A stretch of DNA of 64,000 nucleotides, taken from Macrostomum lignano. Its lineage: Eukaryota. The translations under genes were made by a program, and so were the position numbers. Positions 20,426 to 35,200 of the stretch are shown in pieces (position 1 is the first letter of the stretch; every line of letters starts with the position of its first letter). The stretch covers positions 496,001 through 560,000 of the forward strand of contig NIVC01000029.1 of the NCBI GenBank assembly GCA_002269645.1. Reading direction: 5' to 3'. The notes beneath the pieces are model-generated. The model searched no databases, was not told the DNA's origin, and saw only the letters and a list, made by a program, of their open reading frames with translations.

Positions 20426-20769
20426 CACAGATGATGGTGAGGAAAGGACATCCAGGGAACGGAAAGAGAGCTGTTAACAGAAGAGGAAATTAGATCGAAG
20501 AAAGATGGTAGTGTGAATTTCGAAGCGAGCAAGTCAACTGAGAAATAATAATTTAATCGTATCTCCGGAAATAAGATTCCCTTCGAGAAAATTTGCAAGG
20601 GTCACTATTCAAGGCCGTATGTAATTATCAATCCAAGTTGATGCAGGCTCCTTCTAGGAAAGCAAAACAAAAAGCTCCCAATCATTTGCATCTCGGTGAT
20701 TACCAACTCTGTTTGACTGTGAATCCACTCTGCCTGTGAACTAAACTGCCAATTCTGTCTGTGAATCGA

Positions 20770-23700
20770 TCGACACTGTGAATCAATCTAAACTATTAAT
20801 CAATCTACACTGTGAATCAATCTAGACTGTGATTCAATCGAGGCTGTGAATCAATCAGATTCAATCTACACTGTGAATCAATCTAAACTGTGATTCAATC
20901 TAGACTGTGAATCAATCTACACTGTGAATCAATCTACACTCTTAATCAATCTAAACTGTGAATCAATCTAGACTGTGAATCAATCTATACTGTGAATAAA
21001 TCTAAACTGTGAATCAATCTAGACTGTGAATCAATCTAAACTGTGAATCAATCTCGAGACTGTGAATCAATCTAGACTATGAATCAATCTACACTGTGAA
21101 TCAATCTAAACTATGAATCAATCTACACTGTGAATCAATCTACACTATGAATCAATCTACACTGTGAATCAATCTACACTGTGAATCAATCTAAACTATG
21201 AATCAATCTAGACTGTGAATCAATCTAGACTGTGAATCAATCTACACTGTGAATCAATCTAGACTGTGAATCAATCTAGACTGTGAGTCAATCTACACTG
21301 TGAATCAATCTAGACTGTGAATCAATCTACACAGTGAATCAATCTCGAGACTGTGAATCAATCTACACTGCGAATCAATCTAGACTGTGAATCAATCTAC
21401 ACTGTGAATCAATCTAGACTGTGAATCAATCTAGACTGTGAATCAATCTACACAGTGAATCAATCTACACTGCGAATCAATCTACACAGTGAATCAATCT
21501 CGAGACTGTGAATCAATCTAGACTGTGAATCAATCTACACAGTGAATCAATCCCGAGACTGTGAATCAATCTACACTGTGAATCAATCTGTAGACACTGT
21601 GAATCAATCTACACTGTGAATCAATCTAGACTGTGAATCAATCTAAGCTGTGAATCAATCTATACAGTGAATCAATCTCGAGACTGTGAATCAATCTAGA
21701 CTGTGAATCAATCTCGAGACTGTGAATCAATCTACACCGTGAATCAATCTAGACTGTGAATCAATCTACACAGTGAATCAATCTCGAGACTGTGAATCAA
21801 TCTACACTGCGAATCAATCTAGACTGTGAATCAATCTAGACTGTGAATCAATCTACACTGTGAATCAATCTAGACAGTGAATCAATCTAGACTGAATCAA
21901 TCTAAACTGTGAATCAATCTAAACTGTGAATCAATCTAAACTGTGAATCAATCTAGACTGTGAATCAACCTAAACTGTGAATCAATCTACACTGTGAATC
22001 AATCTACACTGTGAATCAATCTAGACTGTGAATCAATCTAGACTGTGAATCGATCTACACTGTGAATCAATCTCGAGACTGTGAATCAATCTACACTGCG
22101 AATCAATCTACACTGTGAATCAATCTACACTGTGAATCAATCTAGACTGTGAATCAATCTAGACTGTGAATCAATCTACACTGCGAATCAATCTAGACAG
22201 TGAATCAATCTACACAGTGAATCAAATCTAGACAGTGAATCAATCTTGATTGTGAATCAATCTACACAGTGAATCAATCTACACTGCGAATCAATCTACA
22301 CAGTGAATCAATCTCGAGACTGTGAATCAATCTAGACTGTGAATCAATCCACACAGTGAATCAATCCCGAGACTGTGAATCAATCTACACTGTGAATCAA
22401 TCTACACTGTGAATCAATCTGTAGACACTGTGAATCAATCTACACTGTGAATCAATCTAGACTGTGAATCAATCTAAGCTGTGAATCAATCTATACAGTG
22501 AATCAATCTCGAGACTGTGAATCAATCTAGACTGTGAATCAATCTCGACTGTGAATCAATCTACACTGTGAATCAATCTAGACTGTGAATCGATCTACAC
22601 TGAGAATCAATCTAGACTGTGAATCAATCTACACCGTGAATCAATCTACACTGGGAATCAATCTACACTGGGAATCAATCTAGACCGTGAATCAATCTAG
22701 ACTGTGAATCAATCTCGAGACTGTGAATCAATCTAGACTATGAATCAATCTACACTGTGAATCAATCTAAACTATGAATCAATCTAGACTGTGAATCAAT
22801 CTAGACTGTGAATCAATCTACACTGTGAATCAATCTAGACAGTGAATCAATCTAGACTGAATCAATCTAAACTGTGAATCAATCTAAACTGTGAATCAAT
22901 CTAAACTGTGAATCAATCTAGACTGTGAATCAACCTAAACTGTGAATCAATCTACACTGTGAATCAATCTACACTGTGAATCAATCTAGACTGTGAATCA
23001 ATCTAGACTGTGAATCAATCTAGACTGTGAATTGATCTACACTGTGAATCAATCTCGAGACTGTGAATCAATCTACACTGCGAATCAATCTACACTGTGA
23101 ATCAATCTACACTGTGAATCAATCTACACTGTGAATCAATCTAGACTGTGAATCAATCTAGACTGTGAATCAATCTACACTGCGAATCAATCTAGACAGT
23201 GAATCAATCTACACAGTGAATCAAATCTAGACAGTGAATCAATCTTGATTGTGAATCAATCTACACAGTGAATCAATCTACACTGCGAATCAATCTACAC
23301 AGTGAATCAATCTCGAGACTGTGAATCAATCTAGACTGTGAATCAATCTACACAGTGAATCAATCCCGAGACTGTGAATCAATCTACACTGTGAATCAAT
23401 CTACACTGTGAATCAATCTACACTGTGAATCAATCTAAGCTGTGAATCAATCTATACAGTGAATCAATCTCGAGACTGTGAATCAATCTAGACTGTGAAT
23501 CAATCTCGACTGTGAATCAATCTACACTGTGAATCAATCTAGACTGTGAATCGATCTACACTGAGAATCAATCTAGACTGTGAATCAATCTACACCGTGA
23601 ATCAATCTACACTGGGAATCAATCTACACTGGGAATCAATCTAGACCGTGAATCAATCTAGACTGTGAATCAATCTCGAGACTGTGAATCAATCTAGACT

Positions 23701-26700
23701 ATGAATCAATCTACACTGTGAATCAATCTAAACTATGAATCAATCTAGACTGTGAATCAATCTAGACTGTGAATCAATCTACACTGTGAATCAATCTAGA
23801 CTGTGAATCAATCTAGACTGTGAGTCAATCTACACTGTGAATCAATCTAGACTGTGAATCAATCTACACAGTGAATCAATCTCGAGACTGTGAATCAATC
23901 TACACTGCGAATCAATCTAGACTGTGAATCAATCTACACTGTGAATCAATCTAGACTGTGAATCAATCTAGACTGTGAATCAATCTACACAGTGAATCAA
24001 TCTACACTGCGAATCAATCTACACAGTGAATCAATCTCGAGACTGTGAATCAATCTAGACTGTGAATCAATCTACACAGTGAATCAATCCCGAGACTGTG
24101 AATCAATCTACTCTGTGAATCAATCTACACTGGGAATCAATCTAGACCGTGAATCAATCTAGACTGTGAATCAATCTCGAGACTGTGAATCAATCTAGAC
24201 TATGAATCAATCTACACTGTGAATCAATCTAAACTATGAATCAATCTAGACTGTGAATCAATCTAGACTGTGAATCAATCTACACTGTGAATCAATCTAG
24301 ACAGTGAATCAATCTAGACTGAATCAATCTAAACTGTGAATCAATCTAAACTGTGAATCAATCTAAACTGTGAATCAATCTAGACTGTGAATCAACCTAA
24401 ACTGTGAATCAATCTACACTGTGAATCAATCTACACTGTGAATCAATCTAGACTGTGAATCAATCTAGACTGTGAATCAATCTAGACTGTGAATTGATCT
24501 ACACTGTGAATCAATCTCGAGACTGTGAATCAATCTACACTGCGAATCAATCTACACTGTGAATCAATCTACACTGTGAATCAATCTACACTGTGAATCA
24601 ATCTAGACTGTGAATCAATCTAGACTGTGAATCAATCTACACTGCGAATCAATCTAGACAGTGAATCAATCTACACAGTGAATCAAATCTAGACAGTGAA
24701 TCAATCTTGATTGTGAATCAATCTACACAGTGAATCAATCTACACTGCGAATCAATCTACACAGTGAATCAATCTCGAGACTGTGAATCAATCTAGACTG
24801 TGAATCAATCTACACAGTGAATCAATCCCGAGACTGTGAATCAATCTACACTGTGAATCAATCTACACTGTGAATCAATCTACACTGTGAATCAATCTAA
24901 GCTGTGAATCAATCTATACAGTGAATCAATCTCGAGACTGTGAATCAATCTAGACTGTGAATCAATCTCGACTGTGAATCAATCTACACTGTGAATCAAT
25001 CTAGACTGTGAATCGATCTACACTGAGAATCAATCTAGACTGTGAATCAATCTACACCGTGAATCAATCTACACTGGGAATCAATCTACACTGGGAATCA
25101 ATCTAGACCGTGAATCAATCTAGACTGTGAATCAATCTCGAGACTGTGAATCAATCTAGACTATGAATCAATCTACACTGTGAATCAATCTAAACTATGA
25201 ATCAATCTAGACTGTGAATCAATCTAGACTGTGAATCAATCTACACTGTGAATCAATCTAGACTGTGAATCAATCTAGACTGTGAGTCAATCTACACTGT
25301 GAATCAATCTAGACTGTGAATCAATCTACACAGTGAATCAATCTCGAGACTGTGAATCAATCTACACTGCGAATCAATCTAGACTGTGAATCAATCTACA
25401 CTGTGAATCAATCTAGACTGTGAATCAATCTAGACTGTGAATCAATCTACACAGTGAATCAATCTACACTGCGAATCAATCTACACAGTGAATCAATCTC
25501 GAGACTGTGAATCAATCTAGACTGTGAATCAATCTACACAGTGAATCAATCCCGAGACTGTGAATCAATCTACTCTGTGAATCAATCTACACTGTGAATC
25601 AATCTGTAGACACTGTGAATCAATCTACACTGTGAATCAATCTAGACTGTGAATCAATCTAAGCTGTGAATCAATCTATACAGTGAATCAATCTCGAGAC
25701 TGTGAATCAATCTAGACTGTGAATCAATCTCGAGACTGTGAATCAATCTACACTGTGAATCAATCTAGACTGTGAATCGATCTACACTGAGAATCAATCT
25801 AGACTGTGAATCAATCTACACCGTGAATCAATCTAGACTGTGAATCAATCTACACAGTGAATCAATCTCGAGACTGTGAATCAATCTACACTGCGAATCA
25901 ATCTTGACTGTGAATCAATTTAGACTGTGAATCAATCTACACTGTGAATCAATCTAGACAGTGAATCAATCTAGACTGAATCAATCTAAACTGTGAATCA
26001 ATCTAAACTGTGAATCAATCTAAACTATGAATCAATCTACACTGTGAATCAACCTAAACTGTGAATCAATCTACACTGTGAATCAATCTACACTGTGAAT
26101 CAATCTAGACTGTGAATCAATCTAGACTGTGAATCGATCTACACTGTGAATCAATCTCGAGACTGTGAATCAATCTACACTGCGAATCAATCTACACTGT
26201 GAATCAATCTAGACTGTGAATCAATCTAGACTGTGAATCAATCTACACTGCGAATCAATCTAGACAGTGAATCAATCTAGACAGTGAATCAAATCTAGAC
26301 AGTGAATCAATCTTGATTGTGAATCAATCTACACAGTGAATCAATCTACACAGTGAATCAATCTCGAGACTGTGAATCAATCTAGACTGTGAATCAATCT
26401 ACACAGTGAATCAATCCCGAGACTGTGAATCAATCTACACTGTGAATCAATCTACACTGTGAATCAATCTGTAGACACTGTGAATCAATCTACACTGTGA
26501 ATCAATCTAGACTGTGAATCAATCTAAGCTGTGAATCAATCTATACAGTGAATCAATCTCGAGACTGTGAATCAATCTAGACTGTGAATCAATCTCGACT
26601 GTGAATCAATCTAGACTGTGAATCGATCTACACTGAGAATCAATCTAGACTGTGAATCAATCTACACCGTGAATCAATCTACACTGGGAATCAATCTACA

Positions 26701-27080
26701 CTGGGAATCAATCTAGACCGTGAATCAATCTAGACTGTGAATCAATCTAGACTGTGAATCAATCTACACTGGGAATCAATCTACACTGTGAATCAATCTA
26801 GACTGTGAATCGATCTACACTGAGAATCAATCTAGACTGTGAATCAATCTACACCGTGAATCAATCTACACTGGGAATCAATCTACACTGGGAATCAATC
26901 TAGACCGTGAATCAATCTAGACTGTGAATCAATCTAGACTGTGAATCAATCTACACTGGGAATCAATCTACACTGGGAATCAATCTAGACTGTGAATCAA
27001 TCTACACTGTGAATCAATCTACACTGTGAATCAATCTACACTGTGAATCAATCTAGACTGTGAATCAATCTAGACCGTGA
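20770..27080. repeat. 6.3-kb satellite of 17-bp units (CTGTGAATCAATCTAGA/CA)n with higher-order duplications
   Basis: Read directly; rare variants recur at fixed spacings. Confidence 0.97.
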
Positions 27081-28332
27081 AGTGTGAATCAATCGCCAAG
27101 TCTGTTTGTAAAATCAGTCCCTAAGTCTTTCTTGACACAGATAATTAGCAAGCATGTTAGCTTACATGTAATTTAAGGTGAAAGCTAGAAAACTTCATAC
27201 AATAGGTTACTAATTAGCTAAACCTGAAGCTACGGTGCAATTATGATTAGCAGATAAAAGGGAGGCACAAAAGAATGCAAGTGCGTGATTAACCATCGCA
27301 TCGACTAATTAATGATGGCATAAGCGTAGGGCAAAAGCGAATGCTCCGGATTAACATAGTTTACTAGTACTTCACGTTACCTACGCAAATAATTTGATGA
27401 TTTTTTCTAGTCTTAGCGCATTAAGGTATTAATGCAGAAATACAGATAAATTAGTCGTGATCAGACACTCAAGGGGATTACTGAGACTGGCGGATTAAAG
27501 ATTGAGACAAAATCGTATGTAAGCATTAACTTGTGAGCTATGCTCAAATATTTAAAATTACATAGAAGATTAACCAGATAACACTTACTGGCACAATGTC
27601 AGTTCAAATAGAATAATTAATATATAGCATTTTTCATCTTGTTTAAGAATCGGAGAATTTAATTTAAGACACGCCAACAATACTCAACCCATAGATCTTA
27701 TATACATAAATGCTATAGTGTGGGAATCGGAACAATATTAAACCTATATCCTCAATCACGGGAGATAGAGGGGCCGGTGATGAAAAGATGCCTACAACTA
27801 ATTAAATTCGAACCGACTAGCAGTAAAACTCAGCTGACTGATACGGATGCCAACTTCTGAGGCCTTCACACAAAATAGAATTTTTAAAAGTCGAAGAAAG
27901 ACCGATAAGAAATGAAATTTATCCCTTCTAGACAGATATTACAGGTAAAAATAAATAAGGTTTCCATGAAGGGAAGCTTAGGGGAAACTGAGCCAGAAAC
28001 AGGAAAAAAAGAAAACCTCCTGGGGAATCCCAGTGGAATCTCGATGGTATCTAATGGGAATCCCGGTGGCATCTAAGGGGAATCCCTGTAGCTTCCAAGG
28101 GGAATCATGGTGGCATCTAAGGGAATCCCGGTGGCATCTACGAGTAAGGGGAATCCCGGCAGTTTCCAAGGGGAATCATGGTGGCATCTAAGGGGAATCC
28201 CGGTAGTTTCCAAGGGGAATCCCAGTGGCATCTAAGGGGAATCCCAGTAGTTTCCAAGGGGAATCCTAGTGGCATCTAAGGGGAATACCGGTAGTTTCCA
28301 AGGGGAATCCCGGTGGTATCTAAGGGGAATCC

Positions 28333-28517
28333 CGGGACCACAGCAGCTCAGCGGTAAGCGCATCCGATTTTCGCACCACGACCCCGGGTTTGATTCAGTG
28401 TGCGACCCGCATTCATTTGGGGCTTGTAAAAGAAAATTGGCCGGTAGGTAGTCGTGCGATTCGCACCCAGGAGCACCCACGTCACAGAAAGTGTACATAC
28501 CTGACTATTACAAAGTC
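28333..28517 (+). mobile_element. tRNA-derived SINE-like element; inverted partial copy at 29132..29324
   Basis: A-box-like CAGCTCAGCGGTAAGCG and B-box-like GGGTTTGATTC. The body matches the reverse complement of 29132-29255. Confidence 0.55.
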
Positions 28518-28651
28518 AGGGCCGCTGTACACCCTGTATGAGCGTAAGAGTGCGTAATTGCGCAAAGTTCAATTAATAGGAAATAATAGGAAAGCTCAAT
28601 TTTATTTCTGTAGGTCAAATAATCGCTGCATAGACGTCTTTTTTATCTGTA

Positions 28652-28788
28652 GAAGAAGCCACAGTTGCCTTTGATGAGGCAGTGTAGGGGTATCTGCTCC
28701 GGAGTGGCGCAGCTGCTTGGATGCTTGGTTTGAGAGTATAAGGCGCTGCATAGAAGCTGTTGGAGAGCACTATGAGAAGCTCTCAAAA
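28652..28788 (+). mobile_element. Mariner transposase C-terminal fragment
   Basis: With one stop and one frameshift it reads EEATVAFDEAV*G-SAPEWRSCLDAWFESIRRCIEAVGEHYEK, the typical mariner W..R...C....G.YFEK terminus. Confidence 0.7.
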
Positions 28789-30199
28789 TTTTATCTTCAC
28801 AGCTGCTTCTGCTCGAGGGTGGCTAAAAACTTCATTTGAAGGAGATTTCCAGTAATAATACCGCCAGAAATCCCGACCGAATCTAAGGGGAATCCGATTC
28901 GTATCTTAGGAAATCCCAGCCGTATCTAAGGGGAATGCCATTCGTATCTAAGGGGAATCCCATTCGTATCTTAGGAAATCCCAGCCGTATCTAAGGGGAA
29001 TGCCATTCGTATCTAAGGGGAATCCCATTCGTATCTTAGGAAATCCCAGCCGTATCTAAGGGGACTCCCGATCGTATCTAAGGGGAATCTCGATCGTATC
29101 TGAGGGAATCCCGGCCGTATCTAAAAGTCAAGACTTTGTAATAGTCAGGTATGTACACTCTCTGTGACGTGGGTGCTCCTGGGTGCGAATCGCACGACTA
29201 CCTACCGGCCAATATTCGTTTACAAGCCCCAAATGAATGCGGGTCGCACACTGAATCGCACTGAATTCCCCTTAGATACCTAAAATTCGTATGAGCTGCT
29301 GTGGTCCCGGGATTCCCCTTAGATTCCTAAAGTTCGTATTTTAGGAAATCCCAGCCGTATCTAAGGGAAATCCCGATTGCATCTAAGGGAATCTCGATCG
29401 TATCTAAGGGGAATCTCGATCGTATCTAAGGGGACTCTTGATCGTATCTGAGGGGATTCCAACCGTATCTAAGGGAAATCCCGGTCGTATCTGAGGCGAT
29501 TCCAGCCATATCTAAGGTGAATCCCGATCGTATCCGAGGGGAATTGCATGTCAGAATCATCATACTACGTAGTGGTACATATTAAAGGACTCGCGAATAT
29601 TTTTCACAATTCAAATTAGGATCTTTTTAGTTTTTTGATAAAATAAATAAGCAAAATAAGACAAGAGGATACAATTTTTACAAATTGTGCCAATAAAAAA
29701 GCTGCTCGATTCGCTAATCAAACTACTTGGGGAAACGCACACTGAAATATGGAATAATATTAATTTATTTGTAGGCAGTTATTATTCAATTGTTTTTAGA
29801 CAGCTTGCTCGTAACACGGAATATTGAAATGATAAATTTAACTTTAAGCAAAATAAGAAGTACGAGCTAATAAAAAGCCAAATATAACAAGCGTGTTTGC
29901 CCAAGTCAAAAAAGAAAACAAGGCAACGGGATAGCTGTGTAAAGGAATATTGGTAACTTTCATTCCACTTGATAATTACGCGTATTTGATTACAAGTAGG
30001 TTGTCACGGTTACACGGACATCTGTTCAATGAATATTTTTATTGGACTGAAAATTCAATACAATTTCCCAGTTTCCTTAATATCTAACCAAGGACAACTG
30101 AAGTCCTTGTATCTAACTTCTAAAACTTAGGTAACAAATTGTAGGCATAAAACCTTAATAGTACTTGTGCTTCTAACTAGCTAATAGAGCAAAAAGAGA

Positions 30200-30467
30200 T
30201 TATCTATCTATCTGTGTATCTATCTACCTATCTGTATATCTATCTATCTATCTGTGTATCTATCCATCTATCTATCTACCTATCTGTATATCTATCTATC
30301 TATCTGTGTATCTATCCATCTATCTATTTATCTATCTATCTGTATATCTATCTATCTATCTATCTACCTATCTATTTATCTATCTATCTATTTATCTATC
30401 TATCTGTCATCTATTAATCTATTTATATCTATTTATCTACTATCTATCAATCTGTATATCTATCTGC

Positions 30468-30559
<92 letters not shown>

Positions 30560-30633
30560 CTATCTATTTATCTATCTTTCATCTATCAATCTATTTATAT
30601 CTATTTATCTACTATCTATCTGTTAACAATCCT

Positions 30634-30667
<34 letters not shown>

Positions 30668-30690
30668 CTATCTATCTACCTACCTATCTA
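30200..30690. repeat. (TATC)n microsatellite
   Basis: Read directly. Confidence 0.95.
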
Positions 30691-30851
30691 TCTATCTATA
30701 ACCATAAAACAGTGTTCAATAAAAGACAGAAACAGACTTAAGAAAGACCCAAGAAGCTTTCTAATGAGTTTTAAACGGACTTTGCAAAAACGAAGAAAGC
30801 TTTTTTTAATAATTATATAGTTACTGACGAACACTTTGAAGCAAGCAAAGT

Positions 30852-31196
30852 CTAATTCATGGCGGCTTCCCCGACGCCGACCTGTTCCAGAGCTTCCTTG
30901 AGTACCTCAGCATCCTGATCCAGGTCCCCAGCAGCCCTGTACTCAGCCACCAGACTGCGCAACTCTTCCAACGCTTTCGACAGTCGATTGCGCGTATCCG
31001 GCACCATTTGACGCGACTCTTCTAAGCATTCTTTCTGCTTTTTAATAACGTACTCGTCAGCTTTGCTAGCCTCCATATCCTCAACTTTTTTAGCTAACTG
31101 GTCCGCTTCTTTCTCGTAGCTGGCTTTTTCTTTGGAAATTCGTCTCACTACGCCTGTTTGCACTTTTAGTTTCTTCACTCTGGGATCGGCGGACAT
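30852..31196 (-). CDS. TBCA: Tubulin-specific chaperone A (cofactor A), single coding exon, 114 aa
   Basis: MSADPRVKKLKVQTGVVRRISKEKASYEKE...YVIKKQKECLEESRQMVPD matches the TBCA family pattern; intact ATG to TAG. Confidence 0.95.
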   Translation of the reverse strand: MSADPRVKKLKVQTGVVRRISKEKASYEKEADQLAKKVEDMEASKADEYVIKKQKECLEESRQMVPDTRNRLSKALEELRSLVAEYRAAGDLDQDAEVLKEALEQVGVGEAAMN

Positions 31197-31379
31197 TCTT
31201 TAATTATTATATTTAATAATATTATTATGACTGATAAGACGATTAGCACTGCAAATTGTGAGATCATTGAGATTAAATAAACTTAATGCGTCTATCTATT
31301 TTACTTTTTATCCTTATTATTCTAATTCTAATCTAATTCTCAAACTTTCTACTTTTAACGTATTCATAACCAATGGGAA

Positions 31380-31855
31380 TCCCATTCATACCCGAGGGGA
31401 ATTCCAGCCGTATTTTTCAGGAATCTAAGATGAAGTTTATGGAAATTCCAGCTGTAGCTTACAGTACAGGAATTCTAGCCGTATCCAAGGGGAATCCAAT
31501 TCGTATCTAAGGGGAATTCCAGCTGTAGCTTACAGGAATTCTAGCCGTATCCAAGGGAATCCAATTCGTATCTATAAGGGGAATTCCAGCTGTAGCTTAC
31601 AGGAATTCTAGCCGTATCCAAGGAGAATCCAATTCGTATCTATAAGGGGAATTCCAGCTGTAGCTTACAGGAATTCTAGCCGTATCCAAGGGGAATCCAA
31701 TTCGTATCTAAGGGGAATTCCAGCTGTAGCTTACAGGAATTCTAGCCGTATCCAAGGAGAATCCAATTCGTATCTATAAGGGGAATTCCAGCTGTAGCTT
31801 ACAGGAATTCTAGCCGTATCCAAGGGGAATCCAATTCGTATCTAAGGGGAATCGT
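31380..31855. repeat. ~66-68-bp minisatellite built from three ~22-bp GGGAATTCC/GGGAATCC subunits
   Basis: Period read from GCTGTAGCTT recurrences at 31522, 31589, 31657 and 31723. Confidence 0.9.
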
Positions 31856-32297
31856 ACGATGTTATTCAAAACGTCAAATTAATTCACTTTACTTTTAGTA
31901 TTCATTCTTAATCAACATTTTATCTCTATTAATAACAGGCTATCTTTTCTACTCTCTAAAAAACAAATATTAAATCGAGATAGCAGACAGAAATTAAGAC
32001 AAAGAGCAGCAAAATTTAAATGATTAAATAAGTTCAGGAAACGCCGTTTATTTTTTACTTAGTTAGTGCAATCATATAAGCACATGCGGTAAATATCGCT
32101 AGCATGTAACAGGGTTAATTAAACAAGCTAACAAATGGCACACAGGATAAAAAAATCTTAAACTTGAACTCCAGTATTCATATGCTAATAACAACAACCT
32201 GATGCAAAGAATATCTATTATGTAAAGTTATCAGTCACCAAAAACAGCTAGACAAATTGACTTTAGCAGTTTTAATTTACCAACAATAGTACGCAAC

Positions 32298-35200
32298 TTA
32301 CTCACGACTGGGATTCAGAAGCAGGTTGATCTGAAGTTAAAAAAGCAGAAAATAAGAATTTTCGAAAGTAAATACTCTAGACTGGGAGGCTGGCCCAGCA
32401 ACCGAGGATCTGGAGGAGGCTGGCCCAGCAACTGACACTCTGGGAGGCTGGCCCAGCAACTGACACTCTGGGAGGCTGGCCCAGCAACTGGCACTCTGGG
32501 AGGCTGGCCCAGCAACTGGGGATCTGGGAGGCCGGCCCAACAACTGAGGATTTGGGGAAGGCTGGCCCAGCAACTGACACTCTGGGAGGCTGGCCCAGCA
32601 ACTGGGGATCTGGGAGGCTGGCCCAGCAACTGGGGATCTGGGAGGCTGGCCCCGCAACTGACACTCTGGGAGGCTGGCCCAGCAACTGAGGATCTGGGGG
32701 AGGCTGGCCCAGCAACTGGGGATCTGGGAGGCTGGCCCCGCAACTGACACTCTGAGAGGCTGGCCCAGCAACTGAGGATTTGGGGGAGGCTGGCCCAGCA
32801 ACTGAGGATCTGGGGGAGGCTGGCCCAGCAACGGACACTCTGGGAGGCTGGCCCAGCAACTGAGGATCTGGGGGAGGCTGGCCCAGCAACTGACACTCTG
32901 GGAGGCTGGCCCAGCAACTGGGGATCTGGGAGGCTGGCCCCGCAACTGACACTCTGGGAGGCTGGCCCAGCAACTGGGGATCTGGGAGGCTGGCCCCGCA
33001 ACTGACACTCTGGGAGGCTGGCCCAGCAACTGGGGATCTGGGAGGCTGGCCCCGCAACTGACACTCTGGGAGGCCGGCCCAGCAAATGACACTCTGAGAG
33101 GCTGGCCCAGCAACTGAGGATTTGGGGGAGGCTGGCCCAGCAACGGACACTCTGGGAGGCTGGCCCAGCAACTGACATTCTTGGTGGCTGGCCCAGCAAC
33201 TGAGGATCTGAGAGGCTGGCCCAGCAAGAGGATCTCAGATGAACTACATGTACACAAGCTGTAAACACCCTAGTTGGACATCTTATGAGGTGCTATTCAA
33301 CATAATCAGCCCAGCTTACCTGTTCAACCGTAGGACAAGCAATTATCTGCAGTTCCTCTTCCGTATAGTGCTTCTCTAGTATTGACTCGATGCTTTTGAA
33401 GCACTGCAGAGTGTTGGCCTGTCCATGGGAGATAAATGCAACCAGCTGGCTATTATTGGCAAGGTAATATGGCAAACAAACGATAGACAGAGAAATTCTA
33501 AGTGTGCTATCAGGTGCTCACCTCTCTTTTAATACATAAATATATTCTAACTAGCGCAATACTCAGAATAAATCCTCTGTTGAATAAATTACACTTCATA
33601 GAAACCTTGCACTAAAGAAGTCGATTAATAAATATTGGCTTTAAACTACGACGTATCATTAACATACATAAAGTTACATATTCAATATTCTCTAAGAACA
33701 ATGCCTTGGTAATTGAAAGACAAAAAGGACAGAAAAATGATTAATCAGCCTTGGATCAATTGGCAAAACAATCCTAAAATTGGATAAACCTATATTAAAA
33801 TGGGACAAACAAATTTGAAAATTGGACTAACCAATCTAAAAATTGGACAAACCAATCTTAAAATTGGACCAACCTATCCTAAAATTGGACAAACCAATCT
33901 TAAAATTTGACAAACAAATCTGAAAAAATGGGCAAACCAATCTGAAAATTTGACGAACCCATCCTAAAATTGGACAAACCAATCTTAAAATTGGACAAAC
34001 CAATCTTAAAATTGGTCAAACCAATCTTAAAATTGGTCAAACCAATCTTAAAATTGGTCAAACCAATCTTAAAATTGGTCAAACCAATCTTAAAATTGGT
34101 CAAACCAATCTTAAAATTGGTCAAACCAATCTTAAAATTGGTCAAACCAATCTTAAAATTGGTCAAACCAATCTTAAAATTGGTCAAACCAATCTTAAAA
34201 TTGGTCAAACCAATCTTAAAATTGGTCAAACCAATCTTAAAATTGGTCAAACCAATCTTAAAATTGGACAAACCAATCTTCTTAAAATTGGTCAAACCAA
34301 TCTAAAAATCGTACAAATCAGAGGAAGCCTATTTATAAGTGGATTGCTCACCTTAATCGGCCTGAACAGTATATGCTCAGTGTCCTGATTAGCCAGATAC
34401 AATCGCAGACTATTCAATAAGGCAGGCACCTGAGTCTTTAATCTTTTATAAGCCTCAGCCAATAAATCGTGCAATTTCTCCGGCGCAGACCAAGGCTGAT
34501 TGCGTAACAAAGCAACGTTTCCGGCGGACTGTTTGGCACTATTGGAGTTGAGCTCCTCCAAGTTGGAGTACATTTTACAGAACTCCGCAACGCCTTGCGT
34601 TAGGCGCTCGCTAGCAGAGGTGATGAATCTTTGACAGGTTGCTCGGAGCTGGGAGTCCACCTAGCGAGTAGATTGGGACTCACCTGAACTAGTATGCTGT
34701 CTTGTCACTGCGTTATTCAATTATTTTCCCGACTGTCACTCTACTGGAATTTTCACTCTCAGACCTATATAGTCACTCTCAGACCTATATAGTCAATCTC
34801 AGACCTATATAGTCACTCTCAGACCTATATAGTCACTCTCAGACCTATATAGTCAATCTCAGACCTATATAGTCAATCTCAGACCTATATAGTCAATCTC
34901 AGACCTATATAGTCAATCTCAGACCTATATAGTCAATCTCAGACCTATATAGTCAATCTCAGACCTATATAGTCAATCTCAGACCTATGTAAGACCTATA
35001 TCTTCAATTTCGGACCTATATAGTGACTCCCAGAAGTATATAGTGACTCCCAGACCTATATAGCTACTCTCAGATCTATATAATCACTAACAGACCCATA
35101 CAGTCGCTCCCAGACCTACATAGTCCCTCTCAAGACAGTCACTCGCAAAAGCCGCACAAAAGCATATTGCAAGCAACAAAATACAAACCTGCTGTCTGCA

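Larger units (their letters stand above)
28020..29545. repeat. ~22-bp (TATCTAAGGGGAATCCC...) minisatellite blocks interrupted by SINE-like and mariner fragments
   Basis: Blocks at about 28020-28335, 28880-29125 and 29340-29545. Confidence 0.85.
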
